Shown in pieces: positions 18,087 through 29,484 of a stretch of 64,000 nt of DNA (position 1 is its first letter; every line of letters begins with the position of its first letter). The notes under the pieces were generated by a model. It saw nothing but the letters and a program-made list of their open reading frames with translations. It was not told where the DNA came from and made no database searches. The DNA is taken from positions 2,784,001-2,848,000 of the forward strand of contig OY759746.1 in assembly GCA_963662795.1 (NCBI GenBank), in the 5' to 3' direction. This DNA is from Spirochaetia bacterium (GTDB taxonomy: Bacteria > Spirochaetota > Spirochaetia > CADAEX01). A program made the position numbers and the translations under genes.

Positions 18087-18190
18087 AACTCTTCCGTAAT
18101 GCCTGAAATTAAAAATCAATCAAGTTAACGGAAAAACAGGAAATCCTGTTATATACTTTGATGCATATGAAAACAATAGGGAGAATTTTT

Positions 18191-21100
18191 ATGAAAAACA
18201 GATTAACAGGAAGAATTTTCATAGTATTGTTTCTTATATTAGTGTTTTCTGCTGACTACATTTATGCTGATTATAACCCTGTACCGGGCGGGGATCTTTT
18301 CTATGATCTTTTATCTCCTTCACTGGCCTCCTCGGGCAGTTCTCTTGTAACACTTGATTCTCCTTTGGCCTCTCTCAACAATCCTGCGGCAGCAGGTTAT
18401 CTGCAGCGTTTTACAGGCGAGCTTGCATATACTGCCATAAACGGCAATGACAGCAGCGAGGGCTGGGGCAATATTGCTGCTGCCGGAATATCTGCGCCGG
18501 GTAAGGCCGGGGTATTAAGCTCTTCTCTTTACATTATTGACAGCAATTTCAGCTATTTGAACTCTGTATTTTTTGCCGGCGGTGCTGTCTCTTATGCTAA
18601 AGACCTTTACGAAAACCTGTCGGTCGGCGCCGGATTAAATATCGGGGCAGGCGGCAGCGGCGGTTCCGACTGGATGCTTTCTCTTGATTTTGGTTTTATT
18701 CACTATCCGCAGCTTTTTTTAAGCGACAGGAATTTCAGATGGGCGGGTGTCATTAAAAACCTCGGGAAGGGATTTGAGCCGGATAATGAGTTTTCTCCCA
18801 TGCCGTCGTTGTATACTCCGGGGCTGGGATTCGGAATTAATCTTTTTCAGTCAGATAAATTCGAGGCGGATTTTACCACGGATATCCTTTTCCCTGCGTT
18901 CAGAAACGTAAAGCTTGATACAGGAGCGTCTTTTACATTTGCCAATTCATTGAAACTGAGCCTTTCTTCAAAATTCGATTTTAATAATATTAATGACAAT
19001 GGTTCTGATTTTGTCAATTTTGCCCCGACCATAGGCCTTTCATACGGATTTAAAACAAACCTTGAAAGCCTTAATATTAAAGCTCTTAATGAAAGGGAGT
19101 GGAACAGGACAGAGCTTATAACAGATGCGGCCGTTACTGTTCTCGCGGAAGATGTTACAGCTGTGGGGGCAGGCCTTAGAATTCCTTTTGGCGCCAAAGA
19201 CAATAAAGGGCCGTCCGTTAAACTTGAATATGAGGATATTCAGTATATTTCACCTAATAATGACGGGATTCAGGATCTGCTGGTTATTCCGCTTAAAATT
19301 GATGATGAAAGATATATAAAAGGATACAGCTTCACTATTTACGATAAAGACGGGAAGGAAATCAGGAACTATGTAAACAAGGAAGAGCGCCCTGAAAATA
19401 TTACCTTTAAAAACATTCTTGACCGCCTCTTTTATGTAAAATCAGGTATCGCAGTTCCTGATACCCTGGTATGGGATGGAACTGATAACAACAGGATAAC
19501 TGTTCCTGACGGGACATACAGCTTCCGGATTGAATCATGGGATGATAACGGCAATAAAACAGTGACAAAAAGCTTTAAGACGGAGCTGGATAATCTTGAG
19601 CCTGATTTAATAATTGAAAAAAATATTTCTGCAGCCGAACGGATTTTTTCTCCCAATAATGACGGGAGCAAGGATATTTTTACAATAAGGCAGAGCGGTT
19701 CAACTGAAGCCGTCTGGAAAGGGGAAATAACTGACAACAGGGGTACAGTTGTAAAAACATATGATTTCAGCGGAAAGGCCCCTGTGGACATATACTGGGA
19801 CGGCAGGGGAGACAGCGGTATCCTGTCTGATGACGGTGTTTATACCTACAGGATTACAGGAAAAGATCTTGCAGGCAACTCAGCAGAAGGTATTGTTGAA
19901 AATATAATTATCAGCACAATACAGACCCCGGCATACCTTGGTATTTCAGCTTCAGCGTTCTCGCCGAACAGCGACGGTGTAAAGGATACAATTGATTTTT
20001 TGATTGATGTACCGGTCCGGACAGGTGTACAGGGCTGGACTCTTGATATTGTTTCTGAAGCTGACGGGAAAAATGCCGCGACAATAGAGGGGCTTAATAC
20101 TATCCCTTATCTATATACTTTTGACGGCCGTACAGGTTCCGGCACAGCTGCCGGCAGCCGCAGACTTCTTGCGGAAGGCGTATATAGAGGAAAATTTCAG
20201 GTAATATATGAAAACGGAAATATGCCTGAAGTACTTTCTCCGCGGTTTATAATTGATATTACACCGCCGGCAGCATCGGTAAATTCTGAATATCCTGTGT
20301 TCTCACCCAATAATGACGGCAGTAAGGATACTTTAAGCCTCAGGATGAATGCAACTTCCGAAGAGGTATGGAAAGGAACAGTAAGTGATGAGAGTGGAAA
20401 AATCAGGAGGGAATTTAACTGGAAAGGGAATGTACCTTCCGATTTTAAATGGGGCGGAACCGGAGATGAAGGCAAACTGCTTGCTGATGGAAAGTATTTC
20501 TTTGAACTTTCATCTTCCGATGCCGCAGGGAACAGCGGTTCTTCCGGAAAAATTGAATTTTTTATCGATACGGAAGAAACTCCTGTCCTTATAACAGCAA
20601 GTACAGACGCTTTTTCCCCCAACAGCGACGGGGTTAAGGATTCAGTAATTTTTTATCCCCAGATTGCGAAAAATGAAGGAATTGAAAATTATTCCCTGAC
20701 AGTGAATGATAAAAGCGGCAGGACCGTATTTATAAAAGAGGGGAAAGACCCGGTTCCGCAGCAGATAGCCTGGGACGGTAAAGATGAATCCGGAAAGATA
20801 ACTGAAGGGCTTTATAAGGCGGAAATTGTTCTGTTATATGTTAACGGGAACAAACCTTCATCGGCTACAGGCCTTTTTACACTGGATGTAACATATCCGG
20901 TAATTACACTTGAAACAGAATACCTCCTTTTTTCACCTGACGGAGACGGAAAACGTGATTCTGTTCCTGTGAAAATGATAAATCCGTCAGCGGAAAAAGA
21001 ATGGCTGGTAACAGTTTATGATACTGCAGGTAAAAGTGTTAATGAAAAATATCTTGAAGGCCGGCCTTCCGGTTATATCTGGGATGGAAGGGACAGGCAC

Positions 21101-22255
21101 GGTAACCTGATGAAAAACGGGTTTTACGGAATAAAAGTCCAGTCGGAAGATGCGGCCGGGAACAGGACTGTGAAAGAGATTATAAATATAGAGCTTGACA
21201 ACAGGCCTACAACGGCAATTGCGTCAGTAGAAAGGGATGGGTTTTCACCAAACAGCGACAATCTTTTCGATACTATCCGCTTTGATCTGATCAGTTCTCC
21301 GGAAGTGCCGGTTGATTCATGGTCTCTTGATATTATCTCTTCTTCAGGAACAGCTGTAAAAAAATTCACCGGATCCTCTGCAGTTCCGGGAATAGTAATC
21401 TGGGACGGAAAAGCAGATTTGCTTTCTGTAAAAGATGATAATTACACGGCAGAACTAACAGTAAGTTATAAAAAGGGAGATATCCGTAAATCCGGGACAA
21501 GAAGTTTTGCACTTGATACAACTCCTCCATCGGCTGAGGTTGTCCTTTCTCCTTATCTTTTTTCGCCGGATAATGACGGAGTTGACGATGAGCTTGACAT
21601 CAGGATAAGCCTGAAAGACAGGAGCGGTATAAAAGACTGGAAAATGGAGATTTCAGACCCGTATCTTAACAGTTTCAGGAAATTCAGCGGCAGGGGAATG
21701 CCTTCCGGAAAGATTGTATGGGACGGAATGTCTGAAGGGGGAGAACTTGTTCAGGCTGCTGAGGATTATCCTTATACGCTTACTGCGTCTGACACCCTCG
21801 GCAATAAAGTAACTGCTTCAGGTATTATCCCGATTGATGTTCTTGTTGTCAGGGACGGAAATAATCTCAAAATAAAGATATCAAGCATAAATTTCTCGCC
21901 TAACAGCCCGGAACTTGTAACCGATATTCCTGAGATAAAGGAAAAAAATGAAAAAATAATTGACAGGCTTGCTGAAATATTGAATAAATATTCCGCATAT
22001 AAAATTAAAATTGAAGGACATGCCAATAATATGAGCTGGTATGATCCGGTCAAGGCGGCAAAAGAGCAGAAAGAAGAGCTTCTCCCCCTGTCAGATGCCA
22101 GATGTGAAACAGTCAAAAAAATTCTGACACAGAAAGGGGTTTCTGCCGAAAGGATGAGTAAGCAGGGAGTAGGCGGAAGCAGCCCTGTTGTTCCATTTGA
22201 AGATGCTGCCAACAGGTGGAAAAACAGAAGAGTAGAGTTCATACTTATAAAATAG
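18191..22255 (+). CDS. Large exported protein: putative beta-barrel N-terminus, 8 FlgD/CHU_C-like Ig repeats, C-terminal OmpA-like domain
   Basis: Signal peptide; NNPAAAG motif and amphipathic strands; eight (F/I)SP(N/D)xD..D / WDG / D.AGN repeats; IKIEGHAN...LS.AR...NRRVEF. Confidence 0.88.
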   Translation: MKNRLTGRIFIVLFLILVFSADYIYADYNPVPGGDLFYDLLSPSLASSGSSLVTLDSPLASLNNPAAAGYLQRFTGELAYTAINGNDSSEGWGNIAAAGISAPGKAGVLSSSLYIIDSNFSYLNSVFFAGGAVSYAKDLYENLSVGAGLNIGAGGSGGSDWMLSLDFGFIHYPQLFLSDRNFRWAGVIKNLGKGFEPDNEFSPMPSLYTPGLGFGINLFQSDKFEADFTTDILFPAFRNVKLDTGASFTFANSLKLSLSSKFDFNNINDNGSDFVNFAPTIGLSYGFKTNLESLNIKALNEREWNRTELITDAAVTVLAEDVTAVGAGLRIPFGAKDNKGPSVKLEYEDIQYISPNNDGIQDLLVIPLKIDDERYIKGYSFTIYDKDGKEIRNYVNKEERPENITFKNILDRLFYVKSGIAVPDTLVWDGTDNNRITVPDGTYSFRIESWDDNGNKTVTKSFKTELDNLEPDLIIEKNISAAERIFSPNNDGSKDIFTIRQSGSTEAVWKGEITDNRGTVVKTYDFSGKAPVDIYWDGRGDSGILSDDGVYTYRITGKDLAGNSAEGIVENIIISTIQTPAYLGISASAFSPNSDGVKDTIDFLIDVPVRTGVQGWTLDIVSEADGKNAATIEGLNTIPYLYTFDGRTGSGTAAGSRRLLAEGVYRGKFQVIYENGNMPEVLSPRFIIDITPPAASVNSEYPVFSPNNDGSKDTLSLRMNATSEEVWKGTVSDESGKIRREFNWKGNVPSDFKWGGTGDEGKLLADGKYFFELSSSDAAGNSGSSGKIEFFIDTEETPVLITASTDAFSPNSDGVKDSVIFYPQIAKNEGIENYSLTVNDKSGRTVFIKEGKDPVPQQIAWDGKDESGKITEGLYKAEIVLLYVNGNKPSSATGLFTLDVTYPVITLETEYLLFSPDGDGKRDSVPVKMINPSAEKEWLVTVYDTAGKSVNEKYLEGRPSGYIWDGRDRHGNLMKNGFYGIKVQSEDAAGNRTVKEIINIELDNRPTTAIASVERDGFSPNSDNLFDTIRFDLISSPEVPVDSWSLDIISSSGTAVKKFTGSSAVPGIVIWDGKADLLSVKDDNYTAELTVSYKKGDIRKSGTRSFALDTTPPSAEVVLSPYLFSPDNDGVDDELDIRISLKDRSGIKDWKMEISDPYLNSFRKFSGRGMPSGKIVWDGMSEGGELVQAAEDYPYTLTASDTLGNKVTASGIIPIDVLVVRDGNNLKIKISSINFSPNSPELVTDIPEIKEKNEKIIDRLAEILNKYSAYKIKIEGHANNMSWYDPVKAAKEQKEELLPLSDARCETVKKILTQKGVSAERMSKQGVGGSSPVVPFEDAANRWKNRRVEFILIK

Positions 22256-22270
22256 GTGAAAACAGGAGAC

Positions 22271-22306
22271 AAAAGCCCTTGTTTCCTTCATGAAATGAGG
22301 GCTTTT
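22271..22306 (+). terminator. Intrinsic terminator
   Basis: AAAAGCCCTTGTTTC-cttcat-GAAATGAGGGCTTTT. Confidence 0.8.
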
Positions 22307-22330
22307 CGTTGACAGTCGGGAGAAATTTAT

Positions 22331-23344
22331 TTGAAAAAATCTTTTGGGATAACTGTGGTAATTATACTTGCAACGCTTTTGGCTTCAGGGATTCTGTTTA
22401 TATATTATGATTCGCCTGTTTCAGCCGATCCGGCCGAAGGTGTAATAGTTGAGATTGGAAAAGGCGAAACACTAAGGTCAATCTCGGAAAATCTTGCTGA
22501 AAAAAAGCTGATACGGTCTCCTTTCTTGCTTCAGATAATAAGCAGAATAAAAGGGACTGATATGAAAATGAAAAGCGGTCAGTACAGCATCAGAAGCAGT
22601 ATGAGCACTCTCTCTATTCATAATCTTATTGTCTCAGGCTCAGGTCTTCTTTACAAGATAACAGTTCCGGAAGGACTTACCTCATCACGTATTTCCCTGA
22701 TTATGGAAAAAAACAGGATATCAAGCGCCGCTGATTTTATTACTGCTGTAAACGACAAGGAAATAATAGCAAAATTCAATATCAACTCCGATTCCCTTGA
22801 AGGTTATCTGTTTCCCGATTCCTATCTTTTTCCGCAAAACTACCCTGCCGAGAAGGTTGTCTCATTTATGGTTGAAAATTTTTTCAGGCAGCTTGAATCA
22901 ATCTATCCGGGTTACCGGACTCTTTTGGCAGAAGAGATAAGGGAAAAGATAACAATTGCTTCCATAGTCGAAAGGGAATACCGTGTCGAAAAAGAGGCGC
23001 CCCTTATTGCTTCAGTGTTTTTTAACAGGATTAATAAAAAAATTCCGCTCGGTTCCTGTGCGACAGTAGAATATGTCATAACCGAAATCCAGAAGAAACC
23101 GCATCCGGAATTTCTTACTTATGATGATATTGCGATTGCTTCTCCCTACAATACATATATCCACAGGGGCCTTCCTCCGTCCCCAATAAGCAATCCCGGG
23201 CGGATTGCGATAAATGCAGCTTTTAATCCGGCTGAGTCTGATTTTTTATATTTTCTTTTAAAGGACAGGACCTCAGGAGAGCATTTCTTTTCAAGAAAGC
23301 TTTCGGAACATAATGAAGCCAGAGTTTTGTATTTGAAGAAGTAA
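22331..23344 (+). CDS. mltG: Endolytic transglycosylase MltG
   Basis: TVPEG, LEGYLFPDSY, IASIVERE, SPYNTY...GLPPSPISNPG. Confidence 0.96.
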   Translation: MKKSFGITVVIILATLLASGILFIYYDSPVSADPAEGVIVEIGKGETLRSISENLAEKKLIRSPFLLQIISRIKGTDMKMKSGQYSIRSSMSTLSIHNLIVSGSGLLYKITVPEGLTSSRISLIMEKNRISSAADFITAVNDKEIIAKFNINSDSLEGYLFPDSYLFPQNYPAEKVVSFMVENFFRQLESIYPGYRTLLAEEIREKITIASIVEREYRVEKEAPLIASVFFNRINKKIPLGSCATVEYVITEIQKKPHPEFLTYDDIAIASPYNTYIHRGLPPSPISNPGRIAINAAFNPAESDFLYFLLKDRTSGEHFFSRKLSEHNEARVLYLKK

Positions 23345-23348
23345 ACAG

Positions 23349-25133
23349 ATGTTTATACCTGAAGAAATAATCAACGAAATTGCCGACAAAACAGATATAG
23401 CCGATATAATCGGCAGTTACATAACACTTAGAAGAACTGGCAAGAATCTTACCGGCCTGTGCCCGTTCCATACGGAAAAGACACCTTCTTTTTCTGTTAC
23501 GCCGGAAAAAGGGATGTTCTACTGCTTTGGGTGCCAGAAAAGCGGAAATGTATTCAGTTTTATCATGGAAATGGAAAAACTCACCTTTCCTGAAGCAGTA
23601 CAGTATCTGGCACAGAAAGCCGGAATAAGCCTCGATATTGATGACAGGGAAAATGCTTCTGCCGAAAACACCTTCAGACGGCAGCTTTATGATCTTTATG
23701 AGAAGGTCTCTTTAAGCTTTCATTATATATTGACAAAAAAAGATTCTTCAGAGGAAGCGCTGAAATATCTGAAGGAGAGGGGGATAAATCCGGAAACAGT
23801 TGAGAAATTCCGCCTCGGCTATGCGCCCGGGGACAGGCGCTGGCTTTTTGATTTTCTGAAAAAGAAAAGTTATTCGGAGGATTTTCTTTCCAGATGCGGC
23901 CTTTTTTCCTCCAATTACCGGGGAGTTTCAATTTTTTCAGGCAGGATCATTTTTCCGATTATTTCTAAATCAGGCAGGGTAATTGCTTTCGGGGGCCGTT
24001 CCCCGGACAGCTCACCGCCTAAATATATAAATTCACCGGAAACACCAATTTTCAGAAAGAGCGATGAGCTTTACGGTTTTAACCTTGCTCAGAAAGAGAT
24101 AAGAAAGAATGATTCCGTATTTATCGTGGAGGGGTATATGGATACCATGGCAATGGTCCAGGCCGGTATAGAAAATACTGTAGCGCCCCTTGGGACTGCG
24201 TTTACAGAAAACCACGCCAATATTATACTTAAAAACTGTTCAGCCGTTGTTCTTGTATTTGACGGAGATGAAGCGGGACTTAAAGCTACCGTGAAAAGTT
24301 CCTATATCTGTGAAAAAGCAGGGCTCGAATGCAGTGTTGTCGAACTTCCGGCCGGAAGCGACCCTGCAGATATTATGAAAAATTCCGGTGCAGAGGCGTT
24401 GAAAAATATTTTAAAATATCCTATAAATTGTTTTGACTTTCTTTTAAATAAATATAAAGATATTTATGATCTCACAAGAGAGGACGGAATTAAAAGTTTT
24501 TTAAACAGATTGTTTATGTTTGTTTCCATTCAGGAGTCTGAAGTCCGAAGGACAGGAAGGCTTAAAGCTCTTTCCGAAGCGCTTAACATGGATTACAGAC
24601 CTGTTTATGATGATTTTACAAGTTATATAAAAAAAGATTTCAAAAACAAGACCGAATCCGGCGTTGCAACCGGAGGGTGGCAGGGAATATCTTCTGAATT
24701 ATATTTAATGCTTGCCGTAGTAGATAATTATGATTATTTTTACATGATTCGTGATGAGTTTTCTATTGATGATATACAGGATACAGCAGCAAGAAATTTA
24801 TATATAATCCTTGAAGAGTGCTACAGAAACAATTCTTTTTCACTGGAAATTGTATTAGAAAAAATTGATAATCAGGATCTGAAAAAGCTGGTCGCAAAAA
24901 AGCTTTCATCCGATGAATTTACCATGAATCCAAAGCAATTTATCGATGATAGTATTAATATGATTAAATTGAAAAATCTGCAAATGAAGAGGCTGCAGCT
25001 GGAAAAAAAAATTGGAAAGGATAACGGGGCTGACCCATACAGCATGGAAAAACTGATTGCTGAAAAACTTTTTTATGATAAAGAAATTGAAAAACTAAAA
25101 GGAACTAATGGTAATGTCAGAGTTACTGAATGA
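23349..25133 (+). CDS. dnaG: DNA primase
   Basis: [45 protein letters not shown]. Confidence 0.98.
   Translation: MFIPEEIINEIADKTDIADIIGSYITLRRTGKNLTGLCPFHTEKTPSFSVTPEKGMFYCFGCQKSGNVFSFIMEMEKLTFPEAVQYLAQKAGISLDIDDRENASAENTFRRQLYDLYEKVSLSFHYILTKKDSSEEALKYLKERGINPETVEKFRLGYAPGDRRWLFDFLKKKSYSEDFLSRCGLFSSNYRGVSIFSGRIIFPIISKSGRVIAFGGRSPDSSPPKYINSPETPIFRKSDELYGFNLAQKEIRKNDSVFIVEGYMDTMAMVQAGIENTVAPLGTAFTENHANIILKNCSAVVLVFDGDEAGLKATVKSSYICEKAGLECSVVELPAGSDPADIMKNSGAEALKNILKYPINCFDFLLNKYKDIYDLTREDGIKSFLNRLFMFVSIQESEVRRTGRLKALSEALNMDYRPVYDDFTSYIKKDFKNKTESGVATGGWQGISSELYLMLAVVDNYDYFYMIRDEFSIDDIQDTAARNLYIILEECYRNNSFSLEIVLEKIDNQDLKKLVAKKLSSDEFTMNPKQFIDDSINMIKLKNLQMKRLQLEKKIGKDNGADPYSMEKLIAEKLFYDKEIEKLKGTNGNVRVTE
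24399..24427 (+). promoter_or_regulatory. Possible internal promoter for rpoD within dnaG
   Basis: TTGAAA-N17-TATAAA; internal rpoD promoters in dnaG are known in other bacteria. Confidence 0.35.
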
Positions 25134-26856
25134 TCCCGCTGTCAGAAAAATTATTGAATACGGAAAATCAAAAAAGAAAATCACCTATGATGAACTTAAT
25201 GATTATCTGCCTGATTATATAGTTAACAGCGATAAAATCGAAGATGTTATAGCGCTTCTCGAAAAAAATAATATTGCTTTTGAAGAAGAGGAAGTTCAGC
25301 AGCAACCCCAGGAAGAAGAAGAGGAAGAAGATGAATTTGAGGAGAGAGAGACCAAAAGGGTAGTCTCATCCGAAAAAGATAATGCAATAGATGATCCTAT
25401 AAGGCTTTACCTGCGGGAAATCGGCAAGGAACACCTTTTAACAGCTGAACAGGAAGTTGAACTTTCCAAACAGATGGAAGAAGGGGAGAATATAATAAAA
25501 AGGGTTATCAGGGAGTCGGGAATGCTGATCCCTGAGTTTTTTGACCTTGCCCAGAAAACCTTTTCCCGTCTTGATCCCCGCGATATGGAACTTACCAAGA
25601 AAGAGATATCTGAACTCCTTGCTGAAAGAAGAAGGTTAAATCAGTTCTACCGCGATTCCCTTAAGGAATGCTATAACCTGCTTAAGCAGTACATAGAAAT
25701 TAAAAGAAAAATAATATCTCTCGGCGGAAGCATACTGGAAGACCCGGAATTGAAGCTGAAATCAACTCCGCTTCTTAATTATCTGAAAGGCGTAGAAATA
25801 CATCAGGATGAAATCCTTAAATTTTCAGAGAAATTTATCAATGCTGAGAAAAAGATAAAGAAATACATGAAGGAGCAGCTGAAGATAGAGCGGCGTCTTG
25901 GTGTTACAAACATGAGAGAACTGCGCAACCTCGGAAGAGGGCTTGCGACAACTTCAAAAAGGGCTGAAATTGAAGAAAAACTTCAGATGCCCTCAGATTC
26001 CATAAAAGAAAAGATCCGGATTATTCAGATCAATGAAAAGCGGCTCAGGGAAATGGAATCTGATTTTGAAAACTCGATTGATGATATACTCAAGATGGCC
26101 CAGGAAATTTCCTATGGCAGAATAATGATGAAAAATGCCAAGGACAGGCTTATCAAGGCAAACCTGAGACTTGTTGTCAGTATTGCTAAAAAATATACAA
26201 ACCGCGGACTCCACTTTTTTGATCTTGTTCAGGAAGGAAATATCGGTCTTATCAAGGCAGTTGAAAAATTTGAATACAGAAAGGGTTACAAATTTTCAAC
26301 ATATGCTACATGGTGGATCAGGCAGGCTATAACCCGCTCTATATCTGACCAGGCAAGAACTATCCGGGTACCTGTCCACATGATAGAACAGATAAACAAA
26401 GTTGTAAGGGAATCAAGACAGATTATGCAGATTCTCGGACGCGAGCCTACAGATGAGGAAATAGCAGAGCGGCTCGGGTGGTCTGTCAGCAGGGTAAAAG
26501 CGGTAAAAAATGTTGCAAGAGAGCCTATATCGCTTGAAACACCGATAGGGGAAGAGGAAGATTCACTCCTTGGAGACTTTATTGAAGATAAGGATGTTGA
26601 AAACCCGGCAACACAGACAGCCTTTACGCTTCTGCAGGAACAGCTGCAGGATGTCATGAAAACACTTCCCCCAAGAGAGCAGGAAGTGCTTAAGATGAGA
26701 TTCGGCCTTGAAGATGGGTACTCTCTTACTCTTGAGGAAGTGGGACTCTATTTCAATGTAACAAGAGAAAGAATAAGACAGATAGAAGCTAAAGCACTAA
26801 GGCGGCTGAGGCATCCGAAGAGGAGCAGACGCTTGAAAGATTATATAGATCAATAG
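25108..26856 (+). CDS. rpoD: RNA polymerase primary sigma factor
   Basis: [62 protein letters not shown]. Confidence 0.99.
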   Translation: MVMSELLNDPAVRKIIEYGKSKKKITYDELNDYLPDYIVNSDKIEDVIALLEKNNIAFEEEEVQQQPQEEEEEEDEFEERETKRVVSSEKDNAIDDPIRLYLREIGKEHLLTAEQEVELSKQMEEGENIIKRVIRESGMLIPEFFDLAQKTFSRLDPRDMELTKKEISELLAERRRLNQFYRDSLKECYNLLKQYIEIKRKIISLGGSILEDPELKLKSTPLLNYLKGVEIHQDEILKFSEKFINAEKKIKKYMKEQLKIERRLGVTNMRELRNLGRGLATTSKRAEIEEKLQMPSDSIKEKIRIIQINEKRLREMESDFENSIDDILKMAQEISYGRIMMKNAKDRLIKANLRLVVSIAKKYTNRGLHFFDLVQEGNIGLIKAVEKFEYRKGYKFSTYATWWIRQAITRSISDQARTIRVPVHMIEQINKVVRESRQIMQILGREPTDEEIAERLGWSVSRVKAVKNVAREPISLETPIGEEEDSLLGDFIEDKDVENPATQTAFTLLQEQLQDVMKTLPPREQEVLKMRFGLEDGYSLTLEEVGLYFNVTRERIRQIEAKALRRLRHPKRSRRLKDYIDQ

Positions 26857-26885
26857 ATAATAGAAACAATATCAGGAGTGTTGAA

Positions 26886-27998
26886 ATGATTCAGGAAGTG
26901 TTTGAAAAACTGCAAAATTTACAGGACATACTGCTTCAGAAATATGAGATTGAAAATGAAATCAGGGATATCCCCAAAGCCCTTGTTACAAAGAATGAGC
27001 TTTTGACAAGACTTAAAAAACAGTTTATTGAAAAGAGCAGCCTTCTTGAAAGAAAACAGGAAAAATGCAAATCGCTTCGCGACAAGCTGCGGGAAGCTGA
27101 AGAACTCAGGGAAAAGCATGAAAAAGACATGGATATTATCAAGACACAGCGGGAATATGAAGTTCTTGATAAAGCGATAAAGGAAGCTACAGAAAAGGAA
27201 CAGCAGCTGAGAAAAGATATCCTCAAGGAAGAGAAGGAAATTGAGGAATTAAATCAGTATATCGAAAGAGAAGAACAGTTGATCCGTCAGCAGGAAGAAG
27301 ACATGAAGGCTGAAGAGGAAAGGATTGAAAGTGAAAGCGGGGAAAAAAGGACTCTTCTTGTAAAGCTTGAAGAGGAAGAGAAATCCATTGTTCCCGGTCT
27401 TGATGATGAGATTCTTTTCAAGTTTGAAAGGATTATTAAAAATAAGTCAGGCCTGGGTATTGTCCCTGTCAAGGGGACTGTATGTACCGGCTGCCACATG
27501 ATACTTCCGGCTCAGTTCGTAAACGATGTAAGACAGGGTAATGAAATCCTGTTTTGTCCATACTGCAGCAGAATTCTGTTCCATATTGCTTCTGATGATA
27601 CTGATTTTATCACTTTCAAGGATAGCGATATTGGAGGTTTTTCTGATTATGAGGATTTTGACAACGATGAACCTCTTGATGACGATTATGAAGAAGATGT
27701 AATTGAAGATATTCACTCAACTTCCATAGTAAAAGGTGAACCGGCAATAAGGCATGCCGTAGAATTCGATTCAGATGATGATGAAATATTTGACGATGAA
27801 GAAGAAGAGTTCGAAGAAGAAGAAGAGTTCGAGGAAGAAGAAGAGTTCGAGGAAGAAGAGGAATTCGAGGAAGAAGATGCTGTAGACACTGATGAGGACG
27901 CGGACGAAGAAGACGAGGAAGCGGACCCGTCAGTGGACGCGGACGCTGATGAAGATGATGAGGACGAGGACCTGGACTCTGACGCAGATAGACTTTAG
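26886..27998 (+). CDS. Coiled-coil C4 zinc-ribbon protein (DUF164 / CT398 / HP0958-like) with long acidic tail
   Basis: Coiled coil, then CTGCHM...CPYCSRIL, then ~135 aa D/E-rich tail. Confidence 0.9.
   Translation: MIQEVFEKLQNLQDILLQKYEIENEIRDIPKALVTKNELLTRLKKQFIEKSSLLERKQEKCKSLRDKLREAEELREKHEKDMDIIKTQREYEVLDKAIKEATEKEQQLRKDILKEEKEIEELNQYIEREEQLIRQQEEDMKAEEERIESESGEKRTLLVKLEEEEKSIVPGLDDEILFKFERIIKNKSGLGIVPVKGTVCTGCHMILPAQFVNDVRQGNEILFCPYCSRILFHIASDDTDFITFKDSDIGGFSDYEDFDNDEPLDDDYEEDVIEDIHSTSIVKGEPAIRHAVEFDSDDDEIFDDEEEEFEEEEEFEEEEEFEEEEEFEEEDAVDTDEDADEEDEEADPSVDADADEDDEDEDLDSDADRL
27795..27866 (+). repeat. Coding tandem repeat, 4 x 18 nt (EEEEEF)
   Basis: gatgaagaagaagagttc / gaagaagaagaagagttc / gaggaagaagaagagttc / gaggaagaagaggaattc. 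Confidence 0.9.
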
Positions 27999-28022
27999 GG
28001 CAGATATTATATAGAATTATAT

Positions 28023-28409
<387 letters not shown>

Positions 28410-28440
28410 TTTTTGACTAATTATAGAGGAACAGATAAAA

Positions 28441-29385
28441 GTGATTCTCCCTGAAAGAAGATTCAGTTTTTCATCAAAAAAACGCCGTAAACAGGGGTTT
28501 AAAAGATTTGCATTCCTGCTGATTTTGATACTCGTGGCAGGCGGTGTATATCTGTCTGTAAAAAACAGGAATACCCTTAAAAAGATTATTAATAAACCGA
28601 CACGGAATGACGTTATAATGGAGCTGTGGGACAATCAGAAATACAGCGATCTTATTGAGTATTGCGACAATATTCTTGAAAAAGAACCTTCCAGTTTTGA
28701 TGCGCTCATGTTCAGGGGATTTTCATCTTTTTACGAGGGTGCTGCAAAGGTCAGCCTGGAAGAAAGACTTCCTCTTATTGATGATGCTGTGCTGTTTTTA
28801 AGAAAAGCAGTTTTGTTTGATGAAAAAAAAATGAGGCCGCAGATAGACTATGTTCTGGGAAAGGCTTATTATCATAAAGGAAGATACTATTGCGACCTTT
28901 CTGTAAAGTATCTTGAAAAATCCCTTTCTGAAAATCATGTCGGCAAAGATACCTATGATTATCTGGGCCTTGCTTATGTAGAACTTGGAAACAAGGAAAA
29001 AAGCGCGGAATATTTTGAAATTGCAGCTGAGAACAATCCTTCAGATATTCTTTTTCTCATACTTGCGCAGGTTTATATTGATCTGGGAAAAAGTGATAAA
29101 GCGGAAGAATATCTATTGAGATCCAACAATAAAACAGCAGATCCCCAGATTGAAGAAAAAAATCTGTTTCTTTTAGGGCAAATCTATCAGGACAGAAACG
29201 AGATGTTAAAGGCTGAAGACTGCTACCAGAGAATAATTCAGAAAAACCCGAGATCGGCAGATGCATACTACAAACTGGGTTTGTTATATGAAACAGCAGG
29301 AGATAAAATAAAAGCGCGTGCTGAATGGCGCAATGCTCTTCGTGCCGACCCTGAACATTACGGGACAAGACTGAAACTATTTTAG
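28441..29385 (+). CDS. Membrane-anchored tetratricopeptide repeat protein
   Basis: N-terminal TM followed by multiple TPRs (YVLGKAYY, YLGLAY, LLGQIY, YKLGLLY). Confidence 0.88.
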   Translation: MILPERRFSFSSKKRRKQGFKRFAFLLILILVAGGVYLSVKNRNTLKKIINKPTRNDVIMELWDNQKYSDLIEYCDNILEKEPSSFDALMFRGFSSFYEGAAKVSLEERLPLIDDAVLFLRKAVLFDEKKMRPQIDYVLGKAYYHKGRYYCDLSVKYLEKSLSENHVGKDTYDYLGLAYVELGNKEKSAEYFEIAAENNPSDILFLILAQVYIDLGKSDKAEEYLLRSNNKTADPQIEEKNLFLLGQIYQDRNEMLKAEDCYQRIIQKNPRSADAYYKLGLLYETAGDKIKARAEWRNALRADPEHYGTRLKLF

Positions 29386-29484
29386 AGAAATTCAGCGCTG
29401 ATTAATTTACATTATTATTTTTTTCACTTATAATATCAAAAATTGTTATGGGACTTATTGTGTATATACATCCGGGAGGGTTAT

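Noticed and set aside
27795-27866. Tandem repeat as a CRISPR-like array
   Set aside because: In-frame coding repeat with no spacers; no cas genes in the window
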